From positions 1-52,275 of the forward strand of contig DASZQH010000245.1 of NCBI GenBank assembly GCA_035549805.1: DNA of 52,275 nucleotides, written 5' to 3'. The position numbers and the translations under genes are program-made. The notes under the pieces were generated by a model. The model was not told the DNA's origin, did not search any database, and saw only the letters and a list, made by a program, of their open reading frames with translations. This DNA is from Burkholderiales bacterium. GTDB lineage: Bacteria; Pseudomonadota; Gammaproteobacteria; Burkholderiales; SG8-39. Within the stretch, counting starts at the first letter, position 1; each line of letters begins with the position of its first letter. This document shows positions 32,075-43,387 of the stretch, in pieces.

Positions 32075-33217
32075 CTAAAGTCCCGCTCGCCTGAGCCGAT
32101 ATGCAAAATGCGCGCCGAATAGTCCGAACAGCGCAGCGCCCGTGAAGGCGAGCCCGGCTCCGTGCGCGTCCCACGCCCAGCCGGCCATCATCGCCCCGAT
32201 GGCGCCGCCCGCGCCATAGGAAGCGCTGGAAAAGAGCGCCTGGCCCCGCGCGTGCGCGGTGTCGGGAAAGACGCGATGGATCGCGGCCACCGACGCGGCG
32301 TGGAAGGATCCGAACGTCGCCGCGTGCAATACCTGCGCGAGCGCGATGAGCCAGAACGCTCCGGCGAGCCAGGCGATCCCAAGGAAGCGGGCCACCGCGC
32401 AGCCGAAGCTGAAAAGCAGGATCGAGGAGAGCGCATAGCGCCGCAGCAGATGCGGGAGGTAGTAGAAAACGAGGATCTCCGCGATCACGCCGAGCGTCCA
32501 TAGCGCCCCGATGGTCGTCCCGCTGTAGCCCAGGCGCTGCAGATGCAGCGTCAGGAACGCGTAGAGCGCGCCGTGCGCCGCCGCCATGCAGAAACCGGCA
32601 CCGAGGACGGCACGCGCTTCGGGCGTGAGGCGCACGGACAGACTTGTACCGTTCGCCTGCCGCTTTCCCCCGGGAAGCCCGGTCGCTGCGGCGACCGCGG
32701 CCACCGCCAGCACTGCCATCGCCGGCGCGACAGTCGCAGGCGAGAAGTGATCCAGCCACACGCCGCCGCCCAGGACCACCGCGATGAAGCCCACGGATCC
32801 CCAGAGACGGATCGGCCCGTACCGCGCCGGGCCCCCGGGGATCCCGAGCGCGATCGCCTCGACCAGCGGCAGCGCGCCGGCGGAAACGATCCCGGTGATG
32901 CCGATCAGCCAGGCGATGCCCGCAGCATCGACGAACGGCAGCGCCGCGAAGCAGACGGCCATGCTCGCGCAGGAGGCGACAACGATGCCGCCGCGCGCGC
33001 CGGCGCGGTCCGCCACCCAGCCCCAGAGCGCCGGGGCGAAGATGCGCGCGAGCTGGGGCAACGCGAGCACGAGCGCGATCGCCGCTGCATCGAGGCCGCG
33101 GCCGGCGAGATACAGCGGGAAGTAGGCGACGTAGGCGGCCGCGTAGGCGAAGAACGCGAAGTAGAACGCGCCCAGCCGCGTCGGCAGTTCGAACCGGAGC
33201 CATGGCAGCGGCATCAC
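32075..33217 (-). CDS. MFS transporter (12-TM, HcaT/PPP-like)
   Basis: 380 aa, uniformly hydrophobic, with an MFS-like GWVADRAG loop motif. Confidence 0.8.
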   Translation of the reverse strand: MMPLPWLRFELPTRLGAFYFAFFAYAAAYVAYFPLYLAGRGLDAAAIALVLALPQLARIFAPALWGWVADRAGARGGIVVASCASMAVCFAALPFVDAAGIAWLIGITGIVSAGALPLVEAIALGIPGGPARYGPIRLWGSVGFIAVVLGGGVWLDHFSPATVAPAMAVLAVAAVAAATGLPGGKRQANGTSLSVRLTPEARAVLGAGFCMAAAHGALYAFLTLHLQRLGYSGTTIGALWTLGVIAEILVFYYLPHLLRRYALSSILLFSFGCAVARFLGIAWLAGAFWLIALAQVLHAATFGSFHAASVAAIHRVFPDTAHARGQALFSSASYGAGGAIGAMMAGWAWDAHGAGLAFTGAALFGLFGAHFAYRLRRAGL

Positions 33218-33237
33218 GCTTAAATTAGCATCGCGCG

Positions 33238-36210
33238 ATGCCGCGCGGCCTCTTCTACCTCGTTTTCGTCTTTTCCGGCGTCGCCGGCCTGATCTACGAG
33301 TCCATCTGGACTCACTACCTGAAGCTCTTCCTCGGCCACGCGGCCTACGCCCAGTCGCTCGTGCTCATGGTGTTCATGGGCGGCCTCGCGGGCGGCGCCT
33401 GGCTCGCCGGACGGTACTCCGCGCGCGTGCGCAACCCGCTGCGCGCCTATGCCGCGATCGAGGCCGCGATCGGGCTGCTCGCGATGGTGTTCCATGCGGT
33501 GTTCACCGGTGCGACGGACTGGGCCTACGGCTCGCTCCTCCCCGCTCTCGGCGCGGACGCCCCGGTGCTCGCGGCAAAGCTCGCGCTCTCGGCGGCGCTC
33601 ATCGTGCCGCAGTCCGTGCTGCTCGGCATGACCTTCCCCCTGATGAGCGCCGGCCTCGCTCGCGCGCACCCGGGCGCCGCGGGCGAGTCGATCGCCATGC
33701 TCTATTTCACCAACAGCCTCGGCGCGGCGCTCGGCGTACTTGCGAGCGGCTTCGTCCTGATCGAGGCACTGGCCCTGCCGGGCACCCTGCGCTTCGCGGG
33801 AGCGATGAATCTCGTGCTGGCCGCCGCGGTCTGGCTGGTCGCACGCCCCGAGGAGCGGGTCCTGTCGCCTGCGCGAGCGTATGCGCCCTCCGCGGCGCGG
33901 CTCCTGCTCGGCATCGCCTTCCTGACCGGCCTCGCCTCGTTCGTCTACGAGATCGCGTGGATCCGCATGCTTTCGCTGGTGCTCGGAGCCTCCACGCATT
34001 CCTTCGAGCTGATGCTCGCCACGTTCATCCTCGGCCTCGCCCTCGGCGGGCTGGCGGTGCGCCGGCGCGTGGATGGGGCGCGCCCGCCGGAGCGCCTGCT
34101 CGCCCTCGTGCAGCTCGCGATGGCCGGCGCCGCCGCCGGCACCCTCGCCCTCTACGACGTCACCTTCGACCTGATGGAAGCGCTGATGCAGGGCCTGGCG
34201 CGGACGCAGGCCGGCTACGCGCTCTTCAATGCGGGCGGCGCCGCGGTCGCGGCGCTGGTGATGCTGCCGGCCACCTTCTTCGCCGGCATGACGCTTCCGC
34301 TGCTCACCGGCGCCCTGCTGCGGCGCGGCGCCGGGGAGGCGGCCATCGGGCAGATCTATGCCGCGAACACGCTCGGCGCGATCGCCGGGGTTGTACTCGC
34401 GGTGCACGTCGGCCTGCCGGTGCTCGGCCTCAAGGGCACGCTCCTCGCGGGAGCGCTCGTCGACGCCGCACTCGGGCTCGTGCTGCTCGCGTCGCTCGGC
34501 ACGACACGCGGCGCGCTCGGCGTTGCCGGCGCAGCGTGCGGCGTCGTGCTGCTCGCGCTCGCGACGTTCGTGCAGCTCGACGTGAACAAGATGACGGCCG
34601 GCGTTTTTCGCCATGGCGATCTGTCGACTTCCCGCGACGCGCAGGTCCTGTTCGCCCGCGACGGGAAAACCGCGACCGTGCACCTCGTCAAATACTCGGA
34701 CGCGACCAGCTTGCGCACGAACGGCAAGTCCGACGGCTCGATCAACCTCGATCCCGGGGCGGAGCGCGGCACCGACGAGATCACCATGGTGCTCACGGCT
34801 GCGCTGCCCCTCGCCCTCAAGCCCGACGCTCGCAGCGCCGCGGTCATCGGCATCGGCACCGGGCTGACCACGCATACCCTGCTGCAGAGCCTGCACATCG
34901 AGCGCGTGGAGACGATCGAGATCGAGGCGGCGATGGCCGAAGCCGCCCGCGGCTTCCTGCCGCGCAACAGCGGCGCCTTCGCCGACCCGCGCGGCGAGAT
35001 CGTGATCGACGACGCGAAGACCTTCTTCGCGGCGCGCGACCGGCGCTACGACCTGATCGTGTCCGAGCCCTCGAATCCGTGGGTGAGCGGCGTCGCGGGC
35101 CTCTTCACGCGGGAGTTCTACCGGCGCGTGCGCGGCCACCTCGCCGAGGGCGGCCTGCTCGTGCAATGGTTCCAGCTCTACGAGATCGACCCCTCCCTCG
35201 TGGCAAGCGTGATCACGGCGCTCGGCGAGGTCTTCCCGCACTACGCCATCTTCGCCGCGAGCGATCACGACCTTCTGATCGTGGCCGGCGCGACGCCGGT
35301 GCCGTTGCCCGCCCAGGCGGCGGTCTTCGAGCAGCCGGGCCTGGCGAAGGAGCTCTGGACCACGCACGTGCTGGCCGCCGGGGACCTCGACGCGCGCTAC
35401 CTGGGCAGCCGCGCGGCGCTCGAGCCGCTCTTTCGCAGCTACGGCATGCCGGCCAATTCGGACTTCGCGCCGATCCTCGACCTGAACGCCGCCCGCCACC
35501 GCTTCATGGAGCGCAGCGCCGCTTCGCTGGTGGCGCTCCTCAACGCCGACGTCCCGGTCCTCGAGATGATCGAGCCGGCGCGCAGCCGGCGCGCGGTCAA
35601 TCCCCTGTTCCGCGGCGCCTATGCCTTCGACCGCGTCGAGAACACCCGCCTTGCCTGGTACGCGCGGGATTTCCTCGTCGCGCCGCGCGCGCCGGAGCCG
35701 CAGGGGATCCCGGCGCAGCTCCAGCAGGACCTGGAGCTCTTCAAGCTGCGCGCCATCGACTGCCACGAGCCCCGCGAGCTCGACCTCTGGCTGCGCTCGG
35801 CGCTGCGGGTCGCGAAGCAGCTCAATCCGTACCTTGCGAGCGACGACGCGAGCGCGGTGTGGTTCCGTACGGCCCGCGCGCCATGCTTCGGGCAATTGCA
35901 CGAATACCAGCGCCAGTGGCTCGCGCTCTTCCGCGCGGTCGGCGCAAGGGACGCCCCCCGCATGGCGGAGTTCGCGGAGCGCCTGCTGACTGGGGAACGC
36001 CCCATAGGGATCGAAGCGCGCGAATACCTCGTCCTCGCCGCGATGGCCGGGCGCGTCGCCATGGGGCAGGCGCCCCGGGCGGCCGAGGTGTGGCGCACGC
36101 ACAAGGACGAGCTGGGCGAAGCCGCCGGGCGACCCGCGTTCCGCCTCCTCCATTGCCGGGGCGAGCCGGACCGCTGCGCCGCGGAGTTCGCGCCCTACGC
36201 CGTGCGCTGA
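33238..36210 (+). CDS. Fused polytopic membrane domain + spermidine-synthase-like (class I SAM-fold) domain + ~300-aa C-terminal domain of unknown function
   Basis: 990 aa. The N-terminal ~470 aa are hydrophobic (GLIYESIWTHYLKLFLGH...). The middle region reads VIGIGTGLTTHTLL...VETIEIEAAM...DDAKTFF...YDLIVSEPSNPWVSGVAGLFTREFY...GGLLVQW. The C-terminal region shows no motif I recognise. Confidence 0.75.
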   Translation: MPRGLFYLVFVFSGVAGLIYESIWTHYLKLFLGHAAYAQSLVLMVFMGGLAGGAWLAGRYSARVRNPLRAYAAIEAAIGLLAMVFHAVFTGATDWAYGSLLPALGADAPVLAAKLALSAALIVPQSVLLGMTFPLMSAGLARAHPGAAGESIAMLYFTNSLGAALGVLASGFVLIEALALPGTLRFAGAMNLVLAAAVWLVARPEERVLSPARAYAPSAARLLLGIAFLTGLASFVYEIAWIRMLSLVLGASTHSFELMLATFILGLALGGLAVRRRVDGARPPERLLALVQLAMAGAAAGTLALYDVTFDLMEALMQGLARTQAGYALFNAGGAAVAALVMLPATFFAGMTLPLLTGALLRRGAGEAAIGQIYAANTLGAIAGVVLAVHVGLPVLGLKGTLLAGALVDAALGLVLLASLGTTRGALGVAGAACGVVLLALATFVQLDVNKMTAGVFRHGDLSTSRDAQVLFARDGKTATVHLVKYSDATSLRTNGKSDGSINLDPGAERGTDEITMVLTAALPLALKPDARSAAVIGIGTGLTTHTLLQSLHIERVETIEIEAAMAEAARGFLPRNSGAFADPRGEIVIDDAKTFFAARDRRYDLIVSEPSNPWVSGVAGLFTREFYRRVRGHLAEGGLLVQWFQLYEIDPSLVASVITALGEVFPHYAIFAASDHDLLIVAGATPVPLPAQAAVFEQPGLAKELWTTHVLAAGDLDARYLGSRAALEPLFRSYGMPANSDFAPILDLNAARHRFMERSAASLVALLNADVPVLEMIEPARSRRAVNPLFRGAYAFDRVENTRLAWYARDFLVAPRAPEPQGIPAQLQQDLELFKLRAIDCHEPRELDLWLRSALRVAKQLNPYLASDDASAVWFRTARAPCFGQLHEYQRQWLALFRAVGARDAPRMAEFAERLLTGERPIGIEAREYLVLAAMAGRVAMGQAPRAAEVWRTHKDELGEAAGRPAFRLLHCRGEPDRCAAEFAPYAVR

Positions 36211-36791
36211 GGCGCTGCCGCGAAGCGGACCGCGCCCGTCACCTTGCGGATGAACTCCGCGCGCTGCGCGCCGCCTGCCGTCGCCTGCGGAAAGTGCCCG
36301 GCGAGCAGCAGGTGGGAAAGGCCATGGACGAGCGACCAGGCGGCCGCAGCCGCGGTCTCCGGGTCGGCCACGTCGCCGCGGGCGCGAAACGCGGCGACCA
36401 GCCCCTCGTATGCGCCGCTCGCTGCCCGTGCCAGGGCCGGGTCGCTGCCGAGCTTGACCGTCCCTCCGAACATGAGCCGGAAACGCTGCGGCCGCTCGAG
36501 GGCAAACGACACATAGGCCTCCCCCATGACGGCGCCGGCCTGCGACTGCATACGCGCCCCGAATTCCGCGAAGCCCTCGGCGGCGAGCGCCGCGAGCAGC
36601 GCGTCCCGGCTGGGAAAATGGCGGTACGGCGCATTGTGGGAGACTCCGGCACGCCGCGCGACCTCCCGCAACACGATCCCCTCAGGTCCTTGTTTCTCCA
36701 GTATTTCCCCGGCCGCCCGCAGCAAAGCCGAGCGCAGGTCGCCGTGATGGTACGGAGGCTTCTTCTGGCCTGATGTTGACATGAGCAACAT
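36195..36791 (-). CDS. TetR/AcrR-family transcriptional regulator
   Basis: YHHGDLRSALLRAAGEILEKQGPEGIVLREVARRAGVSHNAPYRHFPSRDALL is a TetR HTH. An alternative ATG lies at 36782. Confidence 0.9.
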   Translation of the reverse strand: MLLMSTSGQKKPPYHHGDLRSALLRAAGEILEKQGPEGIVLREVARRAGVSHNAPYRHFPSRDALLAALAAEGFAEFGARMQSQAGAVMGEAYVSFALERPQRFRLMFGGTVKLGSDPALARAASGAYEGLVAAFRARGDVADPETAAAAAWSLVHGLSHLLLAGHFPQATAGGAQRAEFIRKVTGAVRFAAAPQRTA

Positions 36792-36808
36792 TGATCCGGT
36801 AACGTGAT

Positions 36809-36823
36809 GTTGTCATTGTCAAC
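36809..36823. promoter_or_regulatory. Candidate TetR operator GTTGTCATTGTCAAC (15-bp palindrome, one mismatched pair), plus CAACAT(36786-91)/ATGTTG(36807-12) inverted repeat
   Basis: Read from the sequence in the divergent gap between the TetR gene and the DUF2214-like gene. Confidence 0.45.
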
Positions 36824-36843
36824 TTATGCTTGGAGAAACGCAA

Positions 36844-37272
36844 ATGACCGCCGCCCTCGTCGGCCTGCTTCACCACCTCGCGGCTTTTACGCTCGTCGCC
36901 GCGCTCGTCGCTGAGCACCTGCTGTTCGAGCGCCGCCTGGAGCCCGCGGCGGCGCGGCGGCTCCAGATCGTCGACGCCGTCTACGGCCTCTCTGCCGGCG
37001 TTCTCCTCGTCGCCGGCCTCCTGCGCGTGTTCTATTTCGAGAAGGGGGCGGCGTATTACTTCGGCAACCCGTATTTCCTGATCAAGCTCGCCGCGTTCGT
37101 GGCGATCGCCCTGCTCTCGATCTATCCGACCGTGAGTTTCCTCTCGTGGCGCAAGACGCCCGGTGTCACCGAAGCGCAGGCCGCCTGGATTCCGCGCCTG
37201 CTCAGGCTGCAGCTCCTCCTCGTCCCCGTCATCCTCTTCTGCGCCGTCCTTATGGCGAAAGGCTTCCGATGA
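36844..37272 (+). CDS. Small integral membrane protein (DUF2214-like)
   Basis: MTAALVGLLHHLAAFTLVAALVAEH...; about 4 TM segments. ATG 36844 has GGAGAA 6 nt upstream; the listed start is 36826. Confidence 0.7.
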   Translation: MTAALVGLLHHLAAFTLVAALVAEHLLFERRLEPAAARRLQIVDAVYGLSAGVLLVAGLLRVFYFEKGAAYYFGNPYFLIKLAAFVAIALLSIYPTVSFLSWRKTPGVTEAQAAWIPRLLRLQLLLVPVILFCAVLMAKGFR

Positions 37273-37625
37273 TCATCGGCATTCACCTCTCGGCCGCGCT
37301 CGCTTCCCTTGCGCTCGGCCCCGCCCTGCTCTTCCTGCGCAAGGGCACGCCGCTGCACAAGGGCCTCGGGCGCGCCTGGGCGGCGCTGATGCTCCTCACC
37401 GCGATCTCTTCGTTCTGGATCCTCAAGAACGGCCAGTTCTCCTGGATCCACATCCTGTCGGTGGTAGTCCTGGCCAACCTTGCTTGCGCGGTGTACTTCA
37501 TCCGCCGGGGCCACGTGCGCGCGCACATGAAGTTCATGGTCGGCAACTACCTCGGGTTGGTCGCGGCCGGCGTCGGCGCCGTGGCGGCGCCGGGCCGCAC
37601 GCTTCACTTTTTCTTCTTCACGTAG
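37269..37625 (+). CDS. Small integral membrane protein (4 predicted TM; family uncertain)
   Basis: ATG 37269 overlaps the upstream TGA (ATGA). Sequence: [46 protein letters not shown]... Confidence 0.65.
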   Translation: MIIGIHLSAALASLALGPALLFLRKGTPLHKGLGRAWAALMLLTAISSFWILKNGQFSWIHILSVVVLANLACAVYFIRRGHVRAHMKFMVGNYLGLVAAGVGAVAAPGRTLHFFFFT

Positions 37626-39010
37626 CCGCGCTTGCGGTCTTTCGCCTGCTGCAGGGCGCGCGGCTTGCCCGAGGGAAGCCGCTTGCCCTTCTCCGCGTAC
37701 GGATTGCGCCCCGAGCGGAACTCGATGCGCAGCGGCGTGCCGACGAGCTGGAACTCGCTGCTGAAGAAGTGCTCGAGGTAGCGCTTGTAGGCGTCGGGGA
37801 TGCGGTCGAGCGCGTTGCCGTGGATCACGATGCGCGGCGGGTTCATCCCGCCCTGGTGCGCGTAGCGCAGCTTCGGCCGCACCAGGCCGGCCTTGGGCGG
37901 CGCCTGCCGCTCGACGGCGGCCATCAGCGCGCGCGTAAGCCTCGGCGTGGGCAGCTTCGCCATCGCGGCGGCATAGGCGCCGTCGACGCCGCGCAGCAGC
38001 GGCGCGAGCCCCTTCCCGTCCCGCGCCGACACGAAATGCGTCTCCGCGAAGCCAAGGAAGCCGAGCTTCCACTGCAGCTCCGCCTTGATCCGGCGGCGCA
38101 TCTCTTCGTCCGCCGCGTCCCACTTGTTCACCGCGATCACCACCGCGCGCCCGCGCTCCAGGATGTAGCCCGCCACGTGCGCGTCCTGCTCCGTGACGCC
38201 GTCGGCGGCGTCGAGCATGAGGATCGCGACGTTCGCCGCCTCGATCGCCTGCAGCGCCTTCACGATCGAGAAGAACTCGACCGGGCTGCCGGTCTTGCCG
38301 CGCCGGCGCACCCCCGCGGTGTCGATGAGCGTATAGCGCCGGCCCGCCTTCTCGAAGGGCACTTCGATCGGGTCGCGCGTCGTGCCGGGCTGGTCGAAGG
38401 CGATGACGCGCTCCTCGCCGACCAGCGAGTTGATGAGGGTCGACTTCCCCACGTTCGGCCTGCCGACGACCGCCACGCGCGGGTGGCCTTCGTCCTTCTC
38501 CTCCGCCTGGCGCCGGGAAGGAAACGGCGCGAGCACCGCCTCCATCAGGTCGTGGACCCCCTCGCCGTGCGACGCCGAGATCGCGTCGGGATCGCCGAGG
38601 CCGAGCTCGTGGAACTCCGCCACGGCCGTGTCGCGCTGCATCCCTTCGGCCTTGTTCACCGCCACGCGCAGCGGCGTGCGCAGCTTGCGCAGGCGCTCGG
38701 CGATCACGCGGTCCCCGGGCGTGAGGCCCGCGCGCGCGTCGACGACGAAAACGACGGCGTCCGCCTCCGCGATCGCCTGCTCTGCCTGGCGCGCCATCTC
38801 GACGTAGATGCCGTCCGCTGCGCCGAGCTCGAGCCCGCCGGTGTCGATGGCGATGAAGGCGCGATCGCCGAGGCGGCCCTCGCCGTAGTGCCGGTCGCGC
38901 GTGACGCCCGGCACGTCGTGCACGATGGCGTCGCGGCTCTTCGTCAGACGGTTAAAGAGGGTGGACTTGCCGACGTTCGGGCGCCCGACCAGGGCGACGA
39001 CGGGCTTCAC
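37604..39010 (-). CDS. der: Ribosome-biogenesis GTPase Der (EngA)
   Basis: 468 aa; two G-domains, each with GRPNVGKS, and a Lys-rich C-terminal tail. Confidence 0.96.
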   Translation of the reverse strand: MKPVVALVGRPNVGKSTLFNRLTKSRDAIVHDVPGVTRDRHYGEGRLGDRAFIAIDTGGLELGAADGIYVEMARQAEQAIAEADAVVFVVDARAGLTPGDRVIAERLRKLRTPLRVAVNKAEGMQRDTAVAEFHELGLGDPDAISASHGEGVHDLMEAVLAPFPSRRQAEEKDEGHPRVAVVGRPNVGKSTLINSLVGEERVIAFDQPGTTRDPIEVPFEKAGRRYTLIDTAGVRRRGKTGSPVEFFSIVKALQAIEAANVAILMLDAADGVTEQDAHVAGYILERGRAVVIAVNKWDAADEEMRRRIKAELQWKLGFLGFAETHFVSARDGKGLAPLLRGVDGAYAAAMAKLPTPRLTRALMAAVERQAPPKAGLVRPKLRYAHQGGMNPPRIVIHGNALDRIPDAYKRYLEHFFSSEFQLVGTPLRIEFRSGRNPYAEKGKRLPSGKPRALQQAKDRKRGYVKKKK

Positions 39011-40128
39011 GGTGCAAGCGCGTAGAGCCCGCCGTCCGCGGTCTGAACGAGGAACCCCTTCGGCAGCGGGAGGGGCGCCGCGCGCACGGCCCCGCCGCCG
39101 GTCGAGTAGCGCGACACGAAAGCGCCCGAATCCCGCGCGAGGAAATGCACGTAGCCCTCGAAATCGCCGACGGCGGCCGTGGCGCCGACCGGCAGGGGCA
39201 GCGAGAGCTGTCGAAGCGACAGGCGATCCTGCTTCCAGATCGCCCGGCCATTGGAGCGGTCGAGGGCGTGGACCGCGCCCTTCTCGTCGCTCACGTAGGC
39301 GTAGCGCGCGTCGAGGCTGACGCCGTTCAGTACGGACAGGTCGCGCGCCCAGAGCTGGCGGCCCGTCGCCGCCTCGAAGCAGGCCACCCGCCCCTGGTAG
39401 GCGGCGACGCAGACCTCGCGTCCCTGGACGGCGGGATAGCCGACCACGTCGGTCACGCGCTCGAGCTCCGTCGCGCCCTTCGGGATGGCGACGGTGGCTT
39501 CCCAGCGCACCCCGCCGTTGCCGAGCGCGAGGGCCACCAGGCGGCCGCCGGGAACGCCGAGGAACGCCGTCTCCCCGTCGATTGTGACACCCGCCGGCGA
39601 GCGGACCATGAGGCTCGTGGGAGAGCGCTGGTACACCCAGCGGCGCTTGCCATCGAGCTCGCCGAAAGCGAACACGCGGTTGTCCACGCTGCGCACCAGC
39701 ACCAGGCCGCTTCCGACCGTGGGCGCGGCCAGCACTTCGCTCGACACGCGGCCGCGCCAGCGCTCCTTGCCGTCGGCCGCGTCGAGGGCGATCACCTCCC
39801 CTTCCTCGGTGGCGAACGCCACCGTGCCGCTCCCGGCGCCCGCCCCGGCCGACAGCGGCGTGCCGAGGGAGATCCGCCAGACTTCCTTCCCGGTCGCGGC
39901 ATCCAGGCGGAGCACCGCGCCGTCGCGCGAAGAGGCATAGACCGCGTCGCCCGAGAGGGCGGGATAGAAAATGAATCGCTCCGCACCTCCCACGCTCGCC
40001 GACCAGAGCAACTGCACGGGACGCGGGTTGGCGAGCTCCGGCAGCGGCGCGGGCTTCGGCCCGCTCGAGCTGGAGCAGCCCGCGAGGAACAGCGCGGCGA
40101 TGCCGAGGCGGGCGAGGACGCCCCTCAT
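39007..40128 (-). CDS. bamB: Outer-membrane protein assembly factor BamB
   Basis: Internal ATG 40128 gives [18 protein letters not shown] (lipobox), then PQQ-like beta-propeller repeats (G.V.ALDA.TGKE.W). Start and stop overlap their neighbours by 4 nt. Confidence 0.92.
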   Translation of the reverse strand: MRGVLARLGIAALFLAGCSSSSGPKPAPLPELANPRPVQLLWSASVGGAERFIFYPALSGDAVYASSRDGAVLRLDAATGKEVWRISLGTPLSAGAGAGSGTVAFATEEGEVIALDAADGKERWRGRVSSEVLAAPTVGSGLVLVRSVDNRVFAFGELDGKRRWVYQRSPTSLMVRSPAGVTIDGETAFLGVPGGRLVALALGNGGVRWEATVAIPKGATELERVTDVVGYPAVQGREVCVAAYQGRVACFEAATGRQLWARDLSVLNGVSLDARYAYVSDEKGAVHALDRSNGRAIWKQDRLSLRQLSLPLPVGATAAVGDFEGYVHFLARDSGAFVSRYSTGGGAVRAAPLPLPKGFLVQTADGGLYALAP

Positions 40129-40754
40129 CCGCCGAGCCCTTCGAGGCGCATCCGCACGCTGTCGCGGAACGCGCGCTGCGACGGCGGCGCCTTTTCGAGC
40201 GCGACCTTGTAGGCGGCCTTCGCTTCGGCCGCCTGGTTCTTGGCGACCAGCGCGTCGCCCTTGAGCGCCGCGAACTGCGCGTCGAACGCGGCGCCGTGCG
40301 GCGCCTCGGCGGCCTTCAGCGCCTCGTCGTAGGCCTTCTCGTCGAGCAGGATCGCGCCGAGTCGCAGCCGCGCCAGGTCGCGCAGGTCGGGGGAGGCGCG
40401 CTCGATCACCCATTGCAGCTGCGCCTTCGCGTTCTTCAGGTCGTTGCGATCGAAGTAGTAGCGCGCCGACAGGAGCGCGCCGAGCGCCGCGTACTGCGTG
40501 CGCGGATACGACTCCACCAGCGTGCCGCCCGCGTCGCGCAGGGCCTTGGCGTCGTTCTCCGTCGCGGCCTTGCTGAGCGTCTCGTAGAGCGCGCTCGCCC
40601 CGGCGGCCTGGCTCGCCTGATACCACTGCCACCCGCTCCAGCCCGCGACGGCGAGCGCCGCCGCCGCGACGAGCGCCGTGACCAACGTCCCGTGCTGGTT
40701 CCACCACGCCTTCAGCTCGGCGACCTTTTCCTGCTCTTCCAGATCCAGTGCCAT
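40125..40754 (-). CDS. YfgM-like TPR membrane protein (ancillary SecYEG-associated)
   Basis: 209 aa; [22 protein letters not shown], one TM segment, then a TPR-like region. It sits in the conserved hisS-yfgM-bamB-der order. Confidence 0.85.
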   Translation of the reverse strand: MALDLEEQEKVAELKAWWNQHGTLVTALVAAAALAVAGWSGWQWYQASQAAGASALYETLSKAATENDAKALRDAGGTLVESYPRTQYAALGALLSARYYFDRNDLKNAKAQLQWVIERASPDLRDLARLRLGAILLDEKAYDEALKAAEAPHGAAFDAQFAALKGDALVAKNQAAEAKAAYKVALEKAPPSQRAFRDSVRMRLEGLGG

Positions 40755-40763
40755 GTCTCTTCT

Positions 40764-42113
40764 CTATCCCTTCAAGGCGGCGCGCACCGCTTCCACGAGG
40801 CCGCCAAGGTTAACCTCCGCCTGGCTTTTCGTGAGCAGGTTCTTCAGCTGCACGGCATCGCGGCCGAATTCGTTCCCCCCGGCTACGACCGCGAGCCGGA
40901 AGCCCTTCTTGCTGGCGTACTCGAGCTGCTTGCCGAGCGCCTTATCCTCGAGATAGAGCTCGGTGTTGATTCCCGCCTTCCTGAGCTGGTTCGCGACCTT
41001 GATGTACCGCTCGATGTGCGGCTTCTCCAGAACCGTCACCAGCACCTCCGCCGGGGTCTTCTCGAGCGGCTTGAGGAGGTTCGCGTCCTTCATGCGCGAG
41101 AAGAGACGCGACAGGCCGATGGAGATCCCCACGCCCGGCAGCTTCGTGTTCGTGAAGTAGCCGGCGAGGTCGTCGTAGCGACCGCCCGAGCAGATGCTCC
41201 CGAGCTCGGGATGGTCGATCAGCGTGGTCTCGTAGATGGTGCCCGTGTAGTAGTCGAGGCCGCGGACCACGCCGAGATCCACGCCGAAGGCCGAATCGGG
41301 CACGTCGAACTGGCGGATCGCGCTCACCACGGCCTTCAGCTCCTCGAGGCCCTTTGCGCACAGATCGTTCTTGCCGGCGTAACTGGAGAGCTCCCCGAAG
41401 ATGTCCGCGTGCCTGTGCGTGATCAGGCGGAGAATTTCCGTCGAGACGTCCTTCGCGAGACCTTGCCGTCCGAGATCCTCGAGCGTCTTCGCGTGCTCTT
41501 CCTTCTCGGCCTTGTCCATGATGCGGAACACTTCCGGCGCGGCCGCCTCGGAAACCCCGAAATGCTGCAGCAGCCCCTTGAGGAGCTTGCGGTTGTTGAG
41601 GCGGATGCGGAACGGGCCGATGTTCATCCCGGAGAACACGCGGTAGATGACGCTCGGGATCTCCGCTTCGGCGAGGTAGCCGAGCTCGCCCTTGCCGATG
41701 ATGTCGATGTCGCACTGGTAGAACTCGCGGAAGCGGCCCTTGCTCGCCTGCGGGTTCTCGCCGCGCCAGACGCGCTGGATCTGGTAGCGGCGGAACGGGA
41801 ACGCGAGCTGGTGCTCGCGCATGGCGACGTAGCGCGCGAGCGGAACGGTCAGGTCGAAGTGCAGCGCGCCGCGCGAGGACTCCGTGTCGCCGGGATCGCC
41901 GGCGAGCCGCGTGATGGCGTAGATCTCCTTCTCCATGCCGCCCTTCGAGGTGAGGATCTCCCTGCGCTCGGCCGAGGGCGTCTCGATCGGCAGGAAGCCG
42001 AACAGCTCGAAGCTGCGGCGGATCGAGTCGACGAGCGCGTTGAACTGCAGCTGCTCGCCGGGCAGGAATTCCTGGTCGAAGCCCTTCAGGAGGGCAGGCT
42101 TCACTTTCTCCAT
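40764..42113 (-). CDS. hisS: Histidine--tRNA ligase, eukaryote/archaeal-like sequence type
   Basis: 449 aa. Class II motifs and a C-terminal HGTP anticodon-binding domain (VLVTVLEK...QLRKAGINTELYL...KGFRLAVVAG). Motif 2 reads FRRYQIQRVWRGENPQASKGRFREFYQCDIDIIG. Confidence 0.9.
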   Translation of the reverse strand: MEKVKPALLKGFDQEFLPGEQLQFNALVDSIRRSFELFGFLPIETPSAERREILTSKGGMEKEIYAITRLAGDPGDTESSRGALHFDLTVPLARYVAMREHQLAFPFRRYQIQRVWRGENPQASKGRFREFYQCDIDIIGKGELGYLAEAEIPSVIYRVFSGMNIGPFRIRLNNRKLLKGLLQHFGVSEAAAPEVFRIMDKAEKEEHAKTLEDLGRQGLAKDVSTEILRLITHRHADIFGELSSYAGKNDLCAKGLEELKAVVSAIRQFDVPDSAFGVDLGVVRGLDYYTGTIYETTLIDHPELGSICSGGRYDDLAGYFTNTKLPGVGISIGLSRLFSRMKDANLLKPLEKTPAEVLVTVLEKPHIERYIKVANQLRKAGINTELYLEDKALGKQLEYASKKGFRLAVVAGGNEFGRDAVQLKNLLTKSQAEVNLGGLVEAVRAALKG

Positions 42114-42121
42114 GGGGACCG

Positions 42122-43383
<1,262 letters not shown>

Positions 43384-43387
<4 letters not shown>

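Noticed and set aside
33220-36773. 977-aa minus-strand ORF (33220..36153) and 938-aa plus-strand alternative-frame ORF (33957..36773)
   Set aside because: Both have Arg-rich compositions without motifs. The 33238..36210 frame has coherent TM segments and a spermidine-synthase-like core.
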